From IMG/VR virus record IMGVR_UViG_3300031339_000004, positions 13,437 to 77,436 of that record: DNA of 64,000 bases; one strand, 5' to 3'. A program made the position numbers and the translations under genes. The stretch comes from a virus. Each line of letters starts with the position of its first letter. Positions within the stretch are counted from its first letter, which is position 1. This document shows positions 30,301 through 39,034 of the stretch, piece by piece. The notes beneath the pieces are model-generated. The model saw only the letters and a list, made by a program, of their open reading frames with translations. It was not told the DNA's origin and ran no database searches.

Positions 30301-33300
30301 TGAGAACTGCTGGCTACGTAGACGAAAACGACGTAACCTTTATTGCTGGCTCTACAGAAGATCTTAGAAATGGCAATGTAGATGACGTTGCACTAGGTGA
30401 ATACATCTGGATTACCGAAATACTTGACCGACCATGGGATGTTTATCAGCACGTAACAACTGGGATAAAGGTTAGTAAATTACTTGATAATAAGGAAACT
30501 AACAAGTTTGGTGACTCCTTACGAGAGTTGACGTTGGATCGATACACAACTAATCGCATTTTAGTTGGCGATATTATAGGAGTAAGAGACACTCGAACAT
30601 TAGGAGTTAATGGATTCTACGAAGTTGATAGTATTGACCTGATTAAGTTAAACGTTATTAACATTCGTGTACCGACCGATGCAGCATTTGAAACATTTGC
30701 TGATGAAAATTTTCAGTTAACCTTGCTGCGTTCAGTTAGACTAAACAATCTTTTAGAACTACAGGATGTTGTACAAGATACACTATACCAAGACCAAACA
30801 GCATGGATTGATAATTACAATGGCGATTGGGCTGTTCTAAATAACTCCAGCGTATATACTAACGAGCAGGCACTTACTAATCCTGTTCAAGAAGAAGGTA
30901 TTGAACACAAATACGGTAACGAGGTATTGGTTACTGCTGATAACAACAACGTGTTTGTAACGGCTCCAGAAGTAGAAAACGGAAAAGTATACTACTATAG
31001 ACGGTCGTCAGAAAGTTTTAATGTGCAACTAGATCAGGAAATAAGCTTTGCCCAGCAAGGACTAATGACCTCCTTTGCTAACGGGTTTGCGTCTTCAGTA
31101 AGTGTGTCGCCAGACGGTGAATATTTAATCGCCGGATTACCTCAGGCATCTGGCGTTAAAACTAGGTTTCAAGGGCTGTTTGACCCAGACGCTACTTACA
31201 CAAAAAATCAAATTGTTAAGTTTAGAGAAAGCTTGTGGAGAGCCAACAGAACAATTTTTCCTCAAATTTCCACTCAGCCGTTCTCGACCTTTAGCTCGTA
31301 CAACAACATTATAGGCTCGTTTGATGATAATGACCAACTTGCTGCACTGATAATAGCAGGCGATTCGCAACTGGCAAATAATGTTACTAATCACATATTA
31401 GTACGTGCGCCTAAAGAAATGTACCAAGGAACAACAGTTGGCGATAAAGTTAACTTGTTCTGGAATGCTCGCAGTTACTCTTATCCTACACTGGATTTTT
31501 ACGAGCCATTTGACGGACTTATACCGGAAATCTCTTCTAGCTTTTTGAACCAAGAGCATATTATTAAGGAAAAGATAGACCATGTCTTTTATGTTGAGTT
31601 ATATACTGCACTGCCGTCAGTAAACGACAGAGTAACTACTGACACCGGCCAAGCAACTGTTTATTATGTTAGCACCAGTAGAGACGGAGTCATCATTTAC
31701 CTAAAAGAATCAAACGGTACATTTGAAACATCTGGCCAGCTGTTTATAGACAATCAGGATTTAATTGGCGTTTACACTGAAGAAGATACAGTTAGTACTA
31801 ATGATGCAGTAACAGGATTTTGGTATATTGAAACCCCTACTGATTATTCTAATAATGGTGTTTATTATGATGCAGGTAAGGGATTAGTTTATGCCGATGT
31901 CAGGATAGAGAACGAGACGCGTGAGGTCAACGATTACTACAATATACAGCTAACAGCAGGCGTTATAGGCAATGATTTTGATGATCGAAATCAAGCTAGT
32001 TTTGTTGCTCAACTATCCTTTACTGGTGATTTAACTTCGGCTGATGGGCAGGTTGGCCCCGAAGTCAGTGTACCCAGCAGTCAATGGTTAGTTAGGACAG
32101 GTAAAGTATTCAGTGATACGCTAGTATCCGGTGATCAACTTCAACTTAGCCTATTCGAATCTAACGAGCGAATTATTAACTTTGCTCCTAGCGGGCTAAC
32201 TGGAGGCTATTCAACATTCAACAAATTACAAACAATAGTAGACATGTGGGATGGTTATATTGACTTTAATTTTACTAGGTTTGACGCACAGGGATTTGTG
32301 TTTCAACCTCAAATAGGCGATGTTTTAGAAGATTTACAGATGCCGCGTAATGGCCAAGGTGGACTTGCAATTACCGGAATAACCACTAGCAGTGCCGAAG
32401 TTACATGGGTACAACGAAACTTTAACCAAGTCAGAGTCTATGTAAAAAACATAACCGGAACATGGGACCAGCTAAACAACATAGGCCGTTACAATGTTAA
32501 AAGAAACCGCAACACTGCTATAAGAGGTCAAGCAGATGTTGATCGAATTATTGGTGTCGTTGAAGATTCCGATAATGATATCTGTGTAGGTAATGACCTA
32601 ATAGGTAAGTTAATAGTATTTGAAGCAGACGAAATTTTTGCAGATAGCAGAAAGTGGAATGAAATTATTCCAATAACTGGCGAAGAATATTGGTTCTATA
32701 CAGAAAATATAGCACAGGGAGCGGGCCGAGTACCTAATCCGCCCTTCAGTCTAAACAAGGATTACGTTCAAATATACCATATAGAAGCAGACAACTTCGG
32801 AACAGCTGGACCAGTAAACGAAGGTGCTGTAGCAATATACCGAAGACTAACTGGCGGCACCTACAGCTATCAGCGTACTATTGTGTCAGAATACGGAATG
32901 GAAGATAGGCAGTTTGGCAGAGATGTAGAAATTAGGCAAGTAGGCAACTATTATACTTTGTTTGTATCTAGTATAGGCAATGGTGCCCAACAAGAGTTAG
33001 TAGGCGGCATTGAAATCTTTAGGCATGGCGCACTGGCGGGCGAAAACTTCAAGGGAAATTATGCACCGGGCACTTACATAAAAGGAGATATAGTTACCTT
33101 CGAAGACGATTACTATGTTGCTAATAAAGATCAAACCGAAGTAGAAAGTAGGATTAAAGATTCAATATTTTGGGCTAACATCAGTTGGAAGCAAGGAAAA
33201 GATTCAAACTACAGAGGAGAATGGAATAACAGCTATGGTTATGCAGAGGGTTCTATTGTTTTTTATAATGATAAATTCTATAGCGCTGTTACTAACATAT

Positions 33301-36300
33301 CAACCGGTGCTGGTTTTGTCACAACAGACTGGAAGCAACTATCCAACCTAATAGACTATGTGGGATTTTTGCCAAACGTTACCGGATTTACAGCATACAA
33401 CGAGGAAGTGTTTGAATCCAGTAATACTCCGAATGTGTTAGTAGACTTCAGTAAGGCATATGATATTAGTTCAAACGGCCAGGTAATTGTAACTACCGCT
33501 ACTATTACAGGTTCTGATAGCACGGTTAACGACACTCGAGTATTAATTTATAGAGAAACAGACAATAAATTTTTGTTATCTCAAATAATAAATGCTCCGG
33601 AATTGCAAAACTCAACTAACTGGGCATACAAAATTAGCATGCGACCAGACGGTATGTCTTTTGCTATCAGTGCTTCTCTTGATGATTCTGCAAAAGTAAA
33701 TCAAGGGCAAGTATACATCTATATGCAAGTTGACAGTGAGTTTGTATTGACCCAAACACTGCTTCCGCCTAATAACGAAGAAGGCGAGCAGTTTGGGTAC
33801 GATATGAGTTACGGTCAAGATAATTTGGTAATATCGAGTCTGAACGGGGATCAAAAGATTCCGACAACGTTCGACTTAGTGACCAACAATGAGACTATAA
33901 TTGACAATAGATTCACTAGGTTTAACGAAACTATACTGGATTCAGGTGTTGTATACATATTTGAAACACTAAACGATCAACTTGTCTTTAGCGAAAGATT
34001 TAGGTATGACAGTGCAACTAGCCAATTTGGTGAAACTTTATTATCAAACGGTAATCACGTCTACGTAGGAATTCCTTCGCTGGTTACAACTACGGGCCAA
34101 GGTGTAGTTGTTGATTACAGAAAGCCGAAAGGCAAGTTTGCATGGAACGTATTAAGAGAAAGTATTGTTCCAGTAGATATTTCGAAGATTCAGGGTGTGT
34201 TTGTCTATAACAAACGTACTAACGAAATTATCACTTACTTGGATTATATTGATCCAGTTCAGGGCAAGATTGCAGGTATTGCCGAGCAGGACATTACCTA
34301 CAAGATAGGTACAGACCCAGCAGCGTATAACGTAGGAATCCTAAGTGACAACACAGTTGACGTTGACATATTCTGGGCGGAAAAGCAAGTAGGACAAGTT
34401 TGGTGGAATATTAACACTGCTAGATTTGAATGGCCTTACCAAGGAAGCATATCGTACCAAAAGGAGGTATGGAACGTTCTTGCTCAAGGGGCCTCTATAG
34501 ATGTTTATGAATGGGTTGAAACGCAGTATACTCCGTTGCGGTGGGATGCATTATCAGCAACAGATGCGGGCTCCTCGTTAGGTATTACTGGGACTTCGTT
34601 ATACGGCGATGAAAAATATAGCGCTAGGTTGACTTATGATGATATTAGTCAAACGTTTAGTACTGTCTATTACTTCTGGGTGCAGAACAAGCGTGACGTA
34701 CCTGTTAACCGCACACTAAGTGTATTTGATATTACTAATTTAATTAGATCACCTAGAGAGCAGGGTTATAGATTTGTTAGCTTCTTAAGTGATTCAAGAA
34801 TGGTGTTGAACAACTTTGAAAATATTGTTACATCAGATGACGTGGTACTTAACATTAGATATGATACGCGAGAAACTAAGATACAGAATACACATTTACA
34901 ATACCTGTTGATGTCGGACGGATCAGGAGTAAGTAAGCCTACTGCAGATATCGAACGCAAGTGGTTCGATAGCTTAATTGGGTTTGATGAAAACAACAGA
35001 CCAGTGCCAAACCCTGCTATTCCGATAGCAAAACGCACAGGTATTCAAAATCGACCACGACAGGGAATGTTTGTAAATAGGACTGAAGCATTAAAGCAGT
35101 TTATTGAGCGTGTAAACCTAGTACTATCCAAGAATCTTGTAGTAGATCAATATCAAACTTCGCGCTTGTTTAGTAAGGACGATGCACCTTCGATTGCTAC
35201 TCGTAAATACGATATTGTTGTTGACACGACATTTGACCTAGACTTTTTAAGTATAAACAAAATTACACCAGCACGACTAGAACCGGTGATCGTTAATGGT
35301 AAGATAATTCAAGTTAACATACTGTCTTCGGGAAGAGGGTATAAGATCGAACCTACAGTCGAAGTAGCAGGCGCCGGTAAGAACTTTGAAGTTAAGTTGT
35401 CTATAAACAATTTAGGTCAAGTTACAACTGCAATTGTTACAAATGAAGGCAGTGGCTACGGTGATGCAACAGTGCTGCTGCCAAGACGCTACAGTGTGTT
35501 AGTAAATAATGACGATAATCTAAATGGCAAATGGGCAATATATTCGTGGAACGAAATTGAGAGAAACTGGTTTAGAACGCAGATTCAAGCGTTTGACGTG
35601 TCCAGGTTCTGGGACTACAGAGATTGGTATGCAGAAGGGTTTAATCAGTTTACTGACATTGATTTTGAGATCGAGGGCACTTACTTGCTAGGAGGCCTAC
35701 GTGACACTATTGGCAATGTAGTAAAAGCTAAAAGTATAAGCAGCGGTGGCTGGTTACTGCTTAAAAAGATTGCCAACGAAGAAACTGAAGATTTTACGAT
35801 TAATTACGATACTATCGGACGTCAAGCAGGAACTATAAGCTTTAATGAAAGCTTATATAATGTTGAGAAAAATGCAGTTGGCTTTGACAGCAGAAGTTAC
35901 GACAGTTTCTTTTACGATAGTGTTATTGCAAAAGAACTAAGAATAATTTTTGAAGTTATACGTGACGACCTATTCATTGCAGAGTTAGCAGTTGAATACA
36001 ATCAGTTGTTCTTTGCTAGCCTTAGATACGTGCTATCTGAGCAGCCGGCAGTTGACTGGATGTTTAAGTCAGCGTTTATCAACGTTAAGCATAATGTAGG
36101 TAACCTTGATCAAAAAGTAAACTTTGAAAACGATAAGCTAGCTAGTTATCAAGCCTATGTAAACGAAGTAAAACCTTATTCTTCTAAAGTACGAGAGTTT
36201 ATAAGTTCCTACACTAGTATCGACGATACTCAAAGTGCTGTTACTGACTTTGATTTAGCGCCACAATACGACATCCTGACTAAACGAATTGTTACAAGCA

Positions 36301-38402
36301 AAGCGTTTATCAGTAACGGTGAACTAATTGATGCAGGGGCTAATACAGACTCTTACCCAAGGAAATACTGGAAGGACAACATTGGATACACAGTTACTGA
36401 GGTTAGGATACAAAACCCAGGTAGTGGTTATACCATTGCTCCTGAGATTAAACTTGAAGGAGCATCTGCAAAGCAGGCCACTGCTAAGGCATTTATCGGC
36501 TATGGCAAAATTACTGCTATCAAAGTTACGTCGCCTGGCGTTGGGTATATCAATATGCCAACTGTAATAATTGATGTTCCACAGAGTGACGTTGGAATTA
36601 GGGCATCTGCAACAGCTATACTAGGCGACGGTGTTGTACGTACACCTACTGTTAAGATTAAGTTTGATAGAACTTCTGGACAATACACTATAGAAGAACT
36701 GGCAGAAGTTGCTAATTTTGTAGGGTCAAATGTAGATATTAACTACAACTTGAAATGGCCAATGGATCTTGATAACAGAAAAGTTAAAGTATATGTTAAT
36801 GAAGTGCAGCAGTTGAGAAGCCAGTATTCATACACTAATATAACCTACTCTCCGACTATTGATACATTAGCTGAAGATTTTAACTACGGTAATGGTAATG
36901 TAGCAGCAGGGCCAGGCACTCAACAGATATCCAATGGCTACACTTACCAGCAAGGAAGAATAATATTTACTAAGCCTCCTGCTAACCAGTCTGATGTACG
37001 AATAGAGTATTACAGACCAATAAGTATGTTGTCAGCAGCAGACAGAATTAAGTTTGCATATAACCCATTAAGTGGAATGTTAGGTAGTGAACTAGCACAG
37101 GTAATGACAGGGATTGATTATGGCGGAGTAGAAGTTAGCGGGCTGGGCTTTGAAATAGAAACAGGGTGGGATACCGAAGGATGGTATACTGATACATGGG
37201 ACACTGATGATACTAACTTTGAAGATGAAGTATTTGTAGCAGATGGGTCAACAACTGCTGTTGAATTAAGAGAGGCTCTTGAAGATGGCGTTATTTATAA
37301 CATCTACAAGAACGGTATTCGTTTAGACGATCCAGAATACGGAACCGCAGAACAGGTTAACCAAAATGCAGTAACATCAAGTATCTTCGGTGACGGTTCG
37401 ACTTCTGTAGTTGAGCTAGCTGATCTAGGAATTACGTTGGTCAACGAGGATGTGTTGATAATTAGAAAATCCACTAGCGACGGTAGTGTAGCGCCTGATG
37501 ATGAAAGTTATGACCAAGCATTGATAGGTGGCAATCTTGCGTACTCGTCTGCGCGAGGAGTTAACCCAGAGGAAATTATTGTCGACGGTGACAGCTTCAT
37601 AACTCCAACAACCAGCGGAGGACCAGAGGAGCTAGTATCTGGACAGGTAATGGACGCGCTAGATTTGAGAGTTTATAATAGAGATGTCTCTGCGGCAACA
37701 AATGTGTCAACGTTTGCATATCGCCAGTTTAAAGACATACTCAACAGAACACACTTTAAGCGTCTAAACAGTGCAGTAACAACCCTTGCTCAACCTTTAA
37801 ATAGTTATGATCTTAGGATCGAAGTTCAAGACGGGGCGAACCTAGCAGTGCCGGATAAAGGGAGAAATCTCCCTGGAATTATCTTTATTGACAAAGAAAG
37901 AATTGAATATTTTGTTAAAGACGGTAACACACTCCGACAATTGCGTCGTGGTACGCTGGGCACAGGCACTGCCCAACAGCATGCTGTAGGAACAAAAGTG
38001 TACGATCAAAACAGTGACAAAACAATTCCGTATAAAGACAGAACTATTGTACAGAATTTTACGACAGATGGCGTTACTGGATCGTTTGCAATTGGCTTTA
38101 CTATATCGTCAGTTAACGAAATTGAAGTATTTGTAGCTGGCACTAGATTGCGCAAGCAAGCAACGCAGGTTTTTGATGCAACAGTTGCATTAAATAGTCC
38201 GGACGGCGATATTAGTATACCTGCAGACTTTGAAATTGTGGACGGAGAAATTGTGCTAACTACAGTACCGGCTGAAAATGTAAGAGTTACAGTAGTTAAA
38301 AAAGTTGGAAATACGTGGGCTAAACCCGGCGAATCTCTTGCAACAACTAACACACCAATAGCAAACTTCTTACGTGCAGGAACTTCGGCGCAGCCAGAAT
38401 AA
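24303..38402 (+). CDS. Giant virion structural protein (4699 aa; gp7-like position)
   Basis: Uninterrupted 14.1-kb ORF after gp6; GxGY repeats, propeller-like FG repeats, five W/Y-rich carbohydrate-binding-like repeats. Confidence 0.8.
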   Translation: MASNDSQNESPLPTPGNNKRTAADLLPRFFRTEANKKFLQGTIDQLIQPGVAEKLNGFLGRKTAKAYKSTDNYISDVSVDRGNYQLEPVAVIKDNLDNVTFYKDYNDYLGSLRYFGANTDNASRLNSQDTYAWAPHIDYDKFVNFREYYWLPNGPLSIQVSGEQRDVVSTYSVTTVNDGDNVAYVFNDTATRNPTLKLYRGQTYRFEIDTPGYPLAFSVNRIFDDSVNVSTFFPDGVRKLDDSGQEVSTAYIEKGTIEFTVPYNAAERVFYLSKNSIDTSGLFRIYDIESNTFLDVADDILGKKTYQTATGLALSNGMKLTFVGNITPANYADSAWYVEGVGTNIKLINEADLVIPAAYSTNKLIPYDSDQFDRFPFANASSYAKSKDYILSNRASKDRNAWSRYNRWFHKAVITAGFEQADLPVNIDEETRAKRPIIEFEAGLKLYSFGTEAKADVTLIDDFTKDVFSTIEGQLGYNVDNVDLTEGMRVLFTADTDILVNGKIYEVNFINVSNQRQISLVEVEDSEPKENETVLVTQGKVNAGVSFYYDNTWKQGQLKETLNQAPLFDLCDCQFGNNLESQEFYDSSTFNGTKLFSYRQGLGSNDLELGFPLTYRNIENSGDILFDFNLLSDKFTYQIDEEVTEVTTDSALLRKYSARTSFEWLNGWSKTPVKSKQYVIRQYEVTNIENNNFRIDVYKDSGLLNDLTTIVYVNNKLQLINVDYEINRINKVAIVQFDKNLLNGDIVQIKTDSKTVKNNNGYYEFPHNLERNPLNQDIKDFTLGEVIAHVDSLIEEVPSFAGAFPGPGNLRDLGDVARFGKKFVKHSGSINFPLYHTTSKEYNIVKALRYSRDEYAKFKRIFLETATTLGFDGNTLMHVDKILERVNKDKIKTQPFYFSDMIAYGPNNVIEYQVLDSRTELYALNNAFNLSTLSARSVLVYLNGKQLIVGSHYTFNPQGFVVVTAGQQEGDILELIEYEVTDGSFIAPTPSKLGLYPKFSPELTIDDTYQTSAPVNPGPYKVYGEQDIVSTNDVRGWFYPVYTTKSAAKAADQVAGGSGQISTVRFKGLTESLYIANSATNILGGQDNVEIDTYPVGIPFIRGHDGSYVRAYLDFRDELLLDLEKRIFNNIKVQWTEDVIDIDGFFGGDFRPSEFSSAEINKSLSPEFTHWLKLVDNDYTDNFFYDRTNEFTYNYSNANNLADEDLPGFWRAVYKQAFDTDRPHSHPWEMLGFRIKPLWWNESYGSAPYTGDNLNMWRDLEQGIVREPGKEIIFLTKYARPGLVNFIPSDQKGKLKSPLASSYVKNFILRLSTQSFKFGDQSPVETAWRRSPQYPFSVVTAMLLNQPSKVFGAGYDVSRIKTNLVGQRVYTETNKFMSNTGVVFPNTSQDSSRVLTSGFVNYIYNLVAGDILSVYSDYQLQFLELRNQLGFKLAGFSDKSKINLVLESTTPRIDAQAGVFVPQENYEVVFNTSSPVDFVVYSGVAIEKTAGGFLLRGYNNDVPFLDYYPPKLGTSGVDITIGGISEIPSNWVADTQFYEGQVIEHNNAYYRATVRFRSQEVFSTDNLAKLPKLPVTGGKSANFKKNFDDRTVLSLQYGERLDSSQEVIDFLLGYGKRLEDLGFDFNYTEAEIVNNWSQAAKEFLFWSTQGWAAGTAITISPAANKVEFKREFAVVDNIFDNFYSYSLLKADGLALLSEYSSLLRDQSSFGIQTVNTDDGLYSVALALVQKEHVVVIDNRTIFNDIIYEPATGYRRDRIKIVGYRSDDWNGGLNIPGFVYDGAVMLEWASWKDFQIGSLVKYKQFYYVAIENVPGSKEFNTSLWYRLSKKPEAELITNFDYRINQFTDFYDLDTDGFDAELQRMAQHLTGYQKRQYLANIITDDVSQYKFYQGMIQDKGTKNALSKMFEKLGAAGKESLEFFEEWAIQVGRYGAIDNTSQIEINLKQDQIRISPQPIELTDDIPLSNLEKVYRIKSFELYDKPANYTGAPFFTKPLVNEYVRTAGYVDENDVTFIAGSTEDLRNGNVDDVALGEYIWITEILDRPWDVYQHVTTGIKVSKLLDNKETNKFGDSLRELTLDRYTTNRILVGDIIGVRDTRTLGVNGFYEVDSIDLIKLNVINIRVPTDAAFETFADENFQLTLLRSVRLNNLLELQDVVQDTLYQDQTAWIDNYNGDWAVLNNSSVYTNEQALTNPVQEEGIEHKYGNEVLVTADNNNVFVTAPEVENGKVYYYRRSSESFNVQLDQEISFAQQGLMTSFANGFASSVSVSPDGEYLIAGLPQASGVKTRFQGLFDPDATYTKNQIVKFRESLWRANRTIFPQISTQPFSTFSSYNNIIGSFDDNDQLAALIIAGDSQLANNVTNHILVRAPKEMYQGTTVGDKVNLFWNARSYSYPTLDFYEPFDGLIPEISSSFLNQEHIIKEKIDHVFYVELYTALPSVNDRVTTDTGQATVYYVSTSRDGVIIYLKESNGTFETSGQLFIDNQDLIGVYTEEDTVSTNDAVTGFWYIETPTDYSNNGVYYDAGKGLVYADVRIENETREVNDYYNIQLTAGVIGNDFDDRNQASFVAQLSFTGDLTSADGQVGPEVSVPSSQWLVRTGKVFSDTLVSGDQLQLSLFESNERIINFAPSGLTGGYSTFNKLQTIVDMWDGYIDFNFTRFDAQGFVFQPQIGDVLEDLQMPRNGQGGLAITGITTSSAEVTWVQRNFNQVRVYVKNITGTWDQLNNIGRYNVKRNRNTAIRGQADVDRIIGVVEDSDNDICVGNDLIGKLIVFEADEIFADSRKWNEIIPITGEEYWFYTENIAQGAGRVPNPPFSLNKDYVQIYHIEADNFGTAGPVNEGAVAIYRRLTGGTYSYQRTIVSEYGMEDRQFGRDVEIRQVGNYYTLFVSSIGNGAQQELVGGIEIFRHGALAGENFKGNYAPGTYIKGDIVTFEDDYYVANKDQTEVESRIKDSIFWANISWKQGKDSNYRGEWNNSYGYAEGSIVFYNDKFYSAVTNISTGAGFVTTDWKQLSNLIDYVGFLPNVTGFTAYNEEVFESSNTPNVLVDFSKAYDISSNGQVIVTTATITGSDSTVNDTRVLIYRETDNKFLLSQIINAPELQNSTNWAYKISMRPDGMSFAISASLDDSAKVNQGQVYIYMQVDSEFVLTQTLLPPNNEEGEQFGYDMSYGQDNLVISSLNGDQKIPTTFDLVTNNETIIDNRFTRFNETILDSGVVYIFETLNDQLVFSERFRYDSATSQFGETLLSNGNHVYVGIPSLVTTTGQGVVVDYRKPKGKFAWNVLRESIVPVDISKIQGVFVYNKRTNEIITYLDYIDPVQGKIAGIAEQDITYKIGTDPAAYNVGILSDNTVDVDIFWAEKQVGQVWWNINTARFEWPYQGSISYQKEVWNVLAQGASIDVYEWVETQYTPLRWDALSATDAGSSLGITGTSLYGDEKYSARLTYDDISQTFSTVYYFWVQNKRDVPVNRTLSVFDITNLIRSPREQGYRFVSFLSDSRMVLNNFENIVTSDDVVLNIRYDTRETKIQNTHLQYLLMSDGSGVSKPTADIERKWFDSLIGFDENNRPVPNPAIPIAKRTGIQNRPRQGMFVNRTEALKQFIERVNLVLSKNLVVDQYQTSRLFSKDDAPSIATRKYDIVVDTTFDLDFLSINKITPARLEPVIVNGKIIQVNILSSGRGYKIEPTVEVAGAGKNFEVKLSINNLGQVTTAIVTNEGSGYGDATVLLPRRYSVLVNNDDNLNGKWAIYSWNEIERNWFRTQIQAFDVSRFWDYRDWYAEGFNQFTDIDFEIEGTYLLGGLRDTIGNVVKAKSISSGGWLLLKKIANEETEDFTINYDTIGRQAGTISFNESLYNVEKNAVGFDSRSYDSFFYDSVIAKELRIIFEVIRDDLFIAELAVEYNQLFFASLRYVLSEQPAVDWMFKSAFINVKHNVGNLDQKVNFENDKLASYQAYVNEVKPYSSKVREFISSYTSIDDTQSAVTDFDLAPQYDILTKRIVTSKAFISNGELIDAGANTDSYPRKYWKDNIGYTVTEVRIQNPGSGYTIAPEIKLEGASAKQATAKAFIGYGKITAIKVTSPGVGYINMPTVIIDVPQSDVGIRASATAILGDGVVRTPTVKIKFDRTSGQYTIEELAEVANFVGSNVDINYNLKWPMDLDNRKVKVYVNEVQQLRSQYSYTNITYSPTIDTLAEDFNYGNGNVAAGPGTQQISNGYTYQQGRIIFTKPPANQSDVRIEYYRPISMLSAADRIKFAYNPLSGMLGSELAQVMTGIDYGGVEVSGLGFEIETGWDTEGWYTDTWDTDDTNFEDEVFVADGSTTAVELREALEDGVIYNIYKNGIRLDDPEYGTAEQVNQNAVTSSIFGDGSTSVVELADLGITLVNEDVLIIRKSTSDGSVAPDDESYDQALIGGNLAYSSARGVNPEEIIVDGDSFITPTTSGGPEELVSGQVMDALDLRVYNRDVSAATNVSTFAYRQFKDILNRTHFKRLNSAVTTLAQPLNSYDLRIEVQDGANLAVPDKGRNLPGIIFIDKERIEYFVKDGNTLRQLRRGTLGTGTAQQHAVGTKVYDQNSDKTIPYKDRTIVQNFTTDGVTGSFAIGFTISSVNEIEVFVAGTRLRKQATQVFDATVALNSPDGDISIPADFEIVDGEIVLTTVPAENVRVTVVKKVGNTWAKPGESLATTNTPIANFLRAGTSAQPE

Positions 38403-38421
38403 ATACAGTATAGGAAAAACA

Positions 38422-39024
38422 ATGAGCGGAACTATGCAAGACAATAACGGTATACGAGTAACAGGACATATTAGAGCCTTTGACCCTGAAACTAATTACG
38501 AGTACGTAAACAAACGGAATGCTATACATTACGAAAATATGAGTATCTCGCTAGCAGAGAGTGTGTCTAATGCTGGCCGTGGTTTTGTTTACGAGATGAA
38601 TTTTGGCAACGGTGGAACTACTGTTGATCAAACAGGTATTATTACATATCTTACTCCTAACTCAAATGGCACCAACGCAAGCTTGTATAATCAGACTTAT
38701 ACTAAGGTTGTTGACGACAGAAGCGTAAATAATACAGACCCAGCCAGAAATAGAATAGAAACAAGACATCTTAGTGGTACTAATTACACTGACTTGATTA
38801 TTAGTTGTTTATTAGACTATGGTGAGCCAGACGGTCAGCAAGCGTTTGACACTGCTACTAACACAGATGATTTATTTGTATTTGATGAGTTAGGCCTGAG
38901 AGCTTTTTCGCCCGGGCAAGCTGGTCGTCTAATGACTCATGTTATATTTCACCCAATACAAAAATCATTAAACCGACTGATACAAATTGACTATACAGTG
39001 CGTATTCAAAGTCTAGCAGGTTAA
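38422..39024 (+). CDS. Virion structural protein (baseplate-associated)
   Basis: Start moved to ATG 38422 (AGGA RBS; TAAATA at 38400-38405 overlaps the upstream stop); FDELGL...HVIFHPIQKS motif. Confidence 0.65.
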   Translation: MSGTMQDNNGIRVTGHIRAFDPETNYEYVNKRNAIHYENMSISLAESVSNAGRGFVYEMNFGNGGTTVDQTGIITYLTPNSNGTNASLYNQTYTKVVDDRSVNNTDPARNRIETRHLSGTNYTDLIISCLLDYGEPDGQQAFDTATNTDDLFVFDELGLRAFSPGQAGRLMTHVIFHPIQKSLNRLIQIDYTVRIQSLAG

Positions 39025-39034
39025 GGAGCAAAGA

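Noticed and set aside
38374-38421. Track starts at 38374, 55383 and 61670
   Set aside because: They overlap neighbouring genes; ATGs at 38422, 55425 and 61754 have better RBS, coupling or promoter context.
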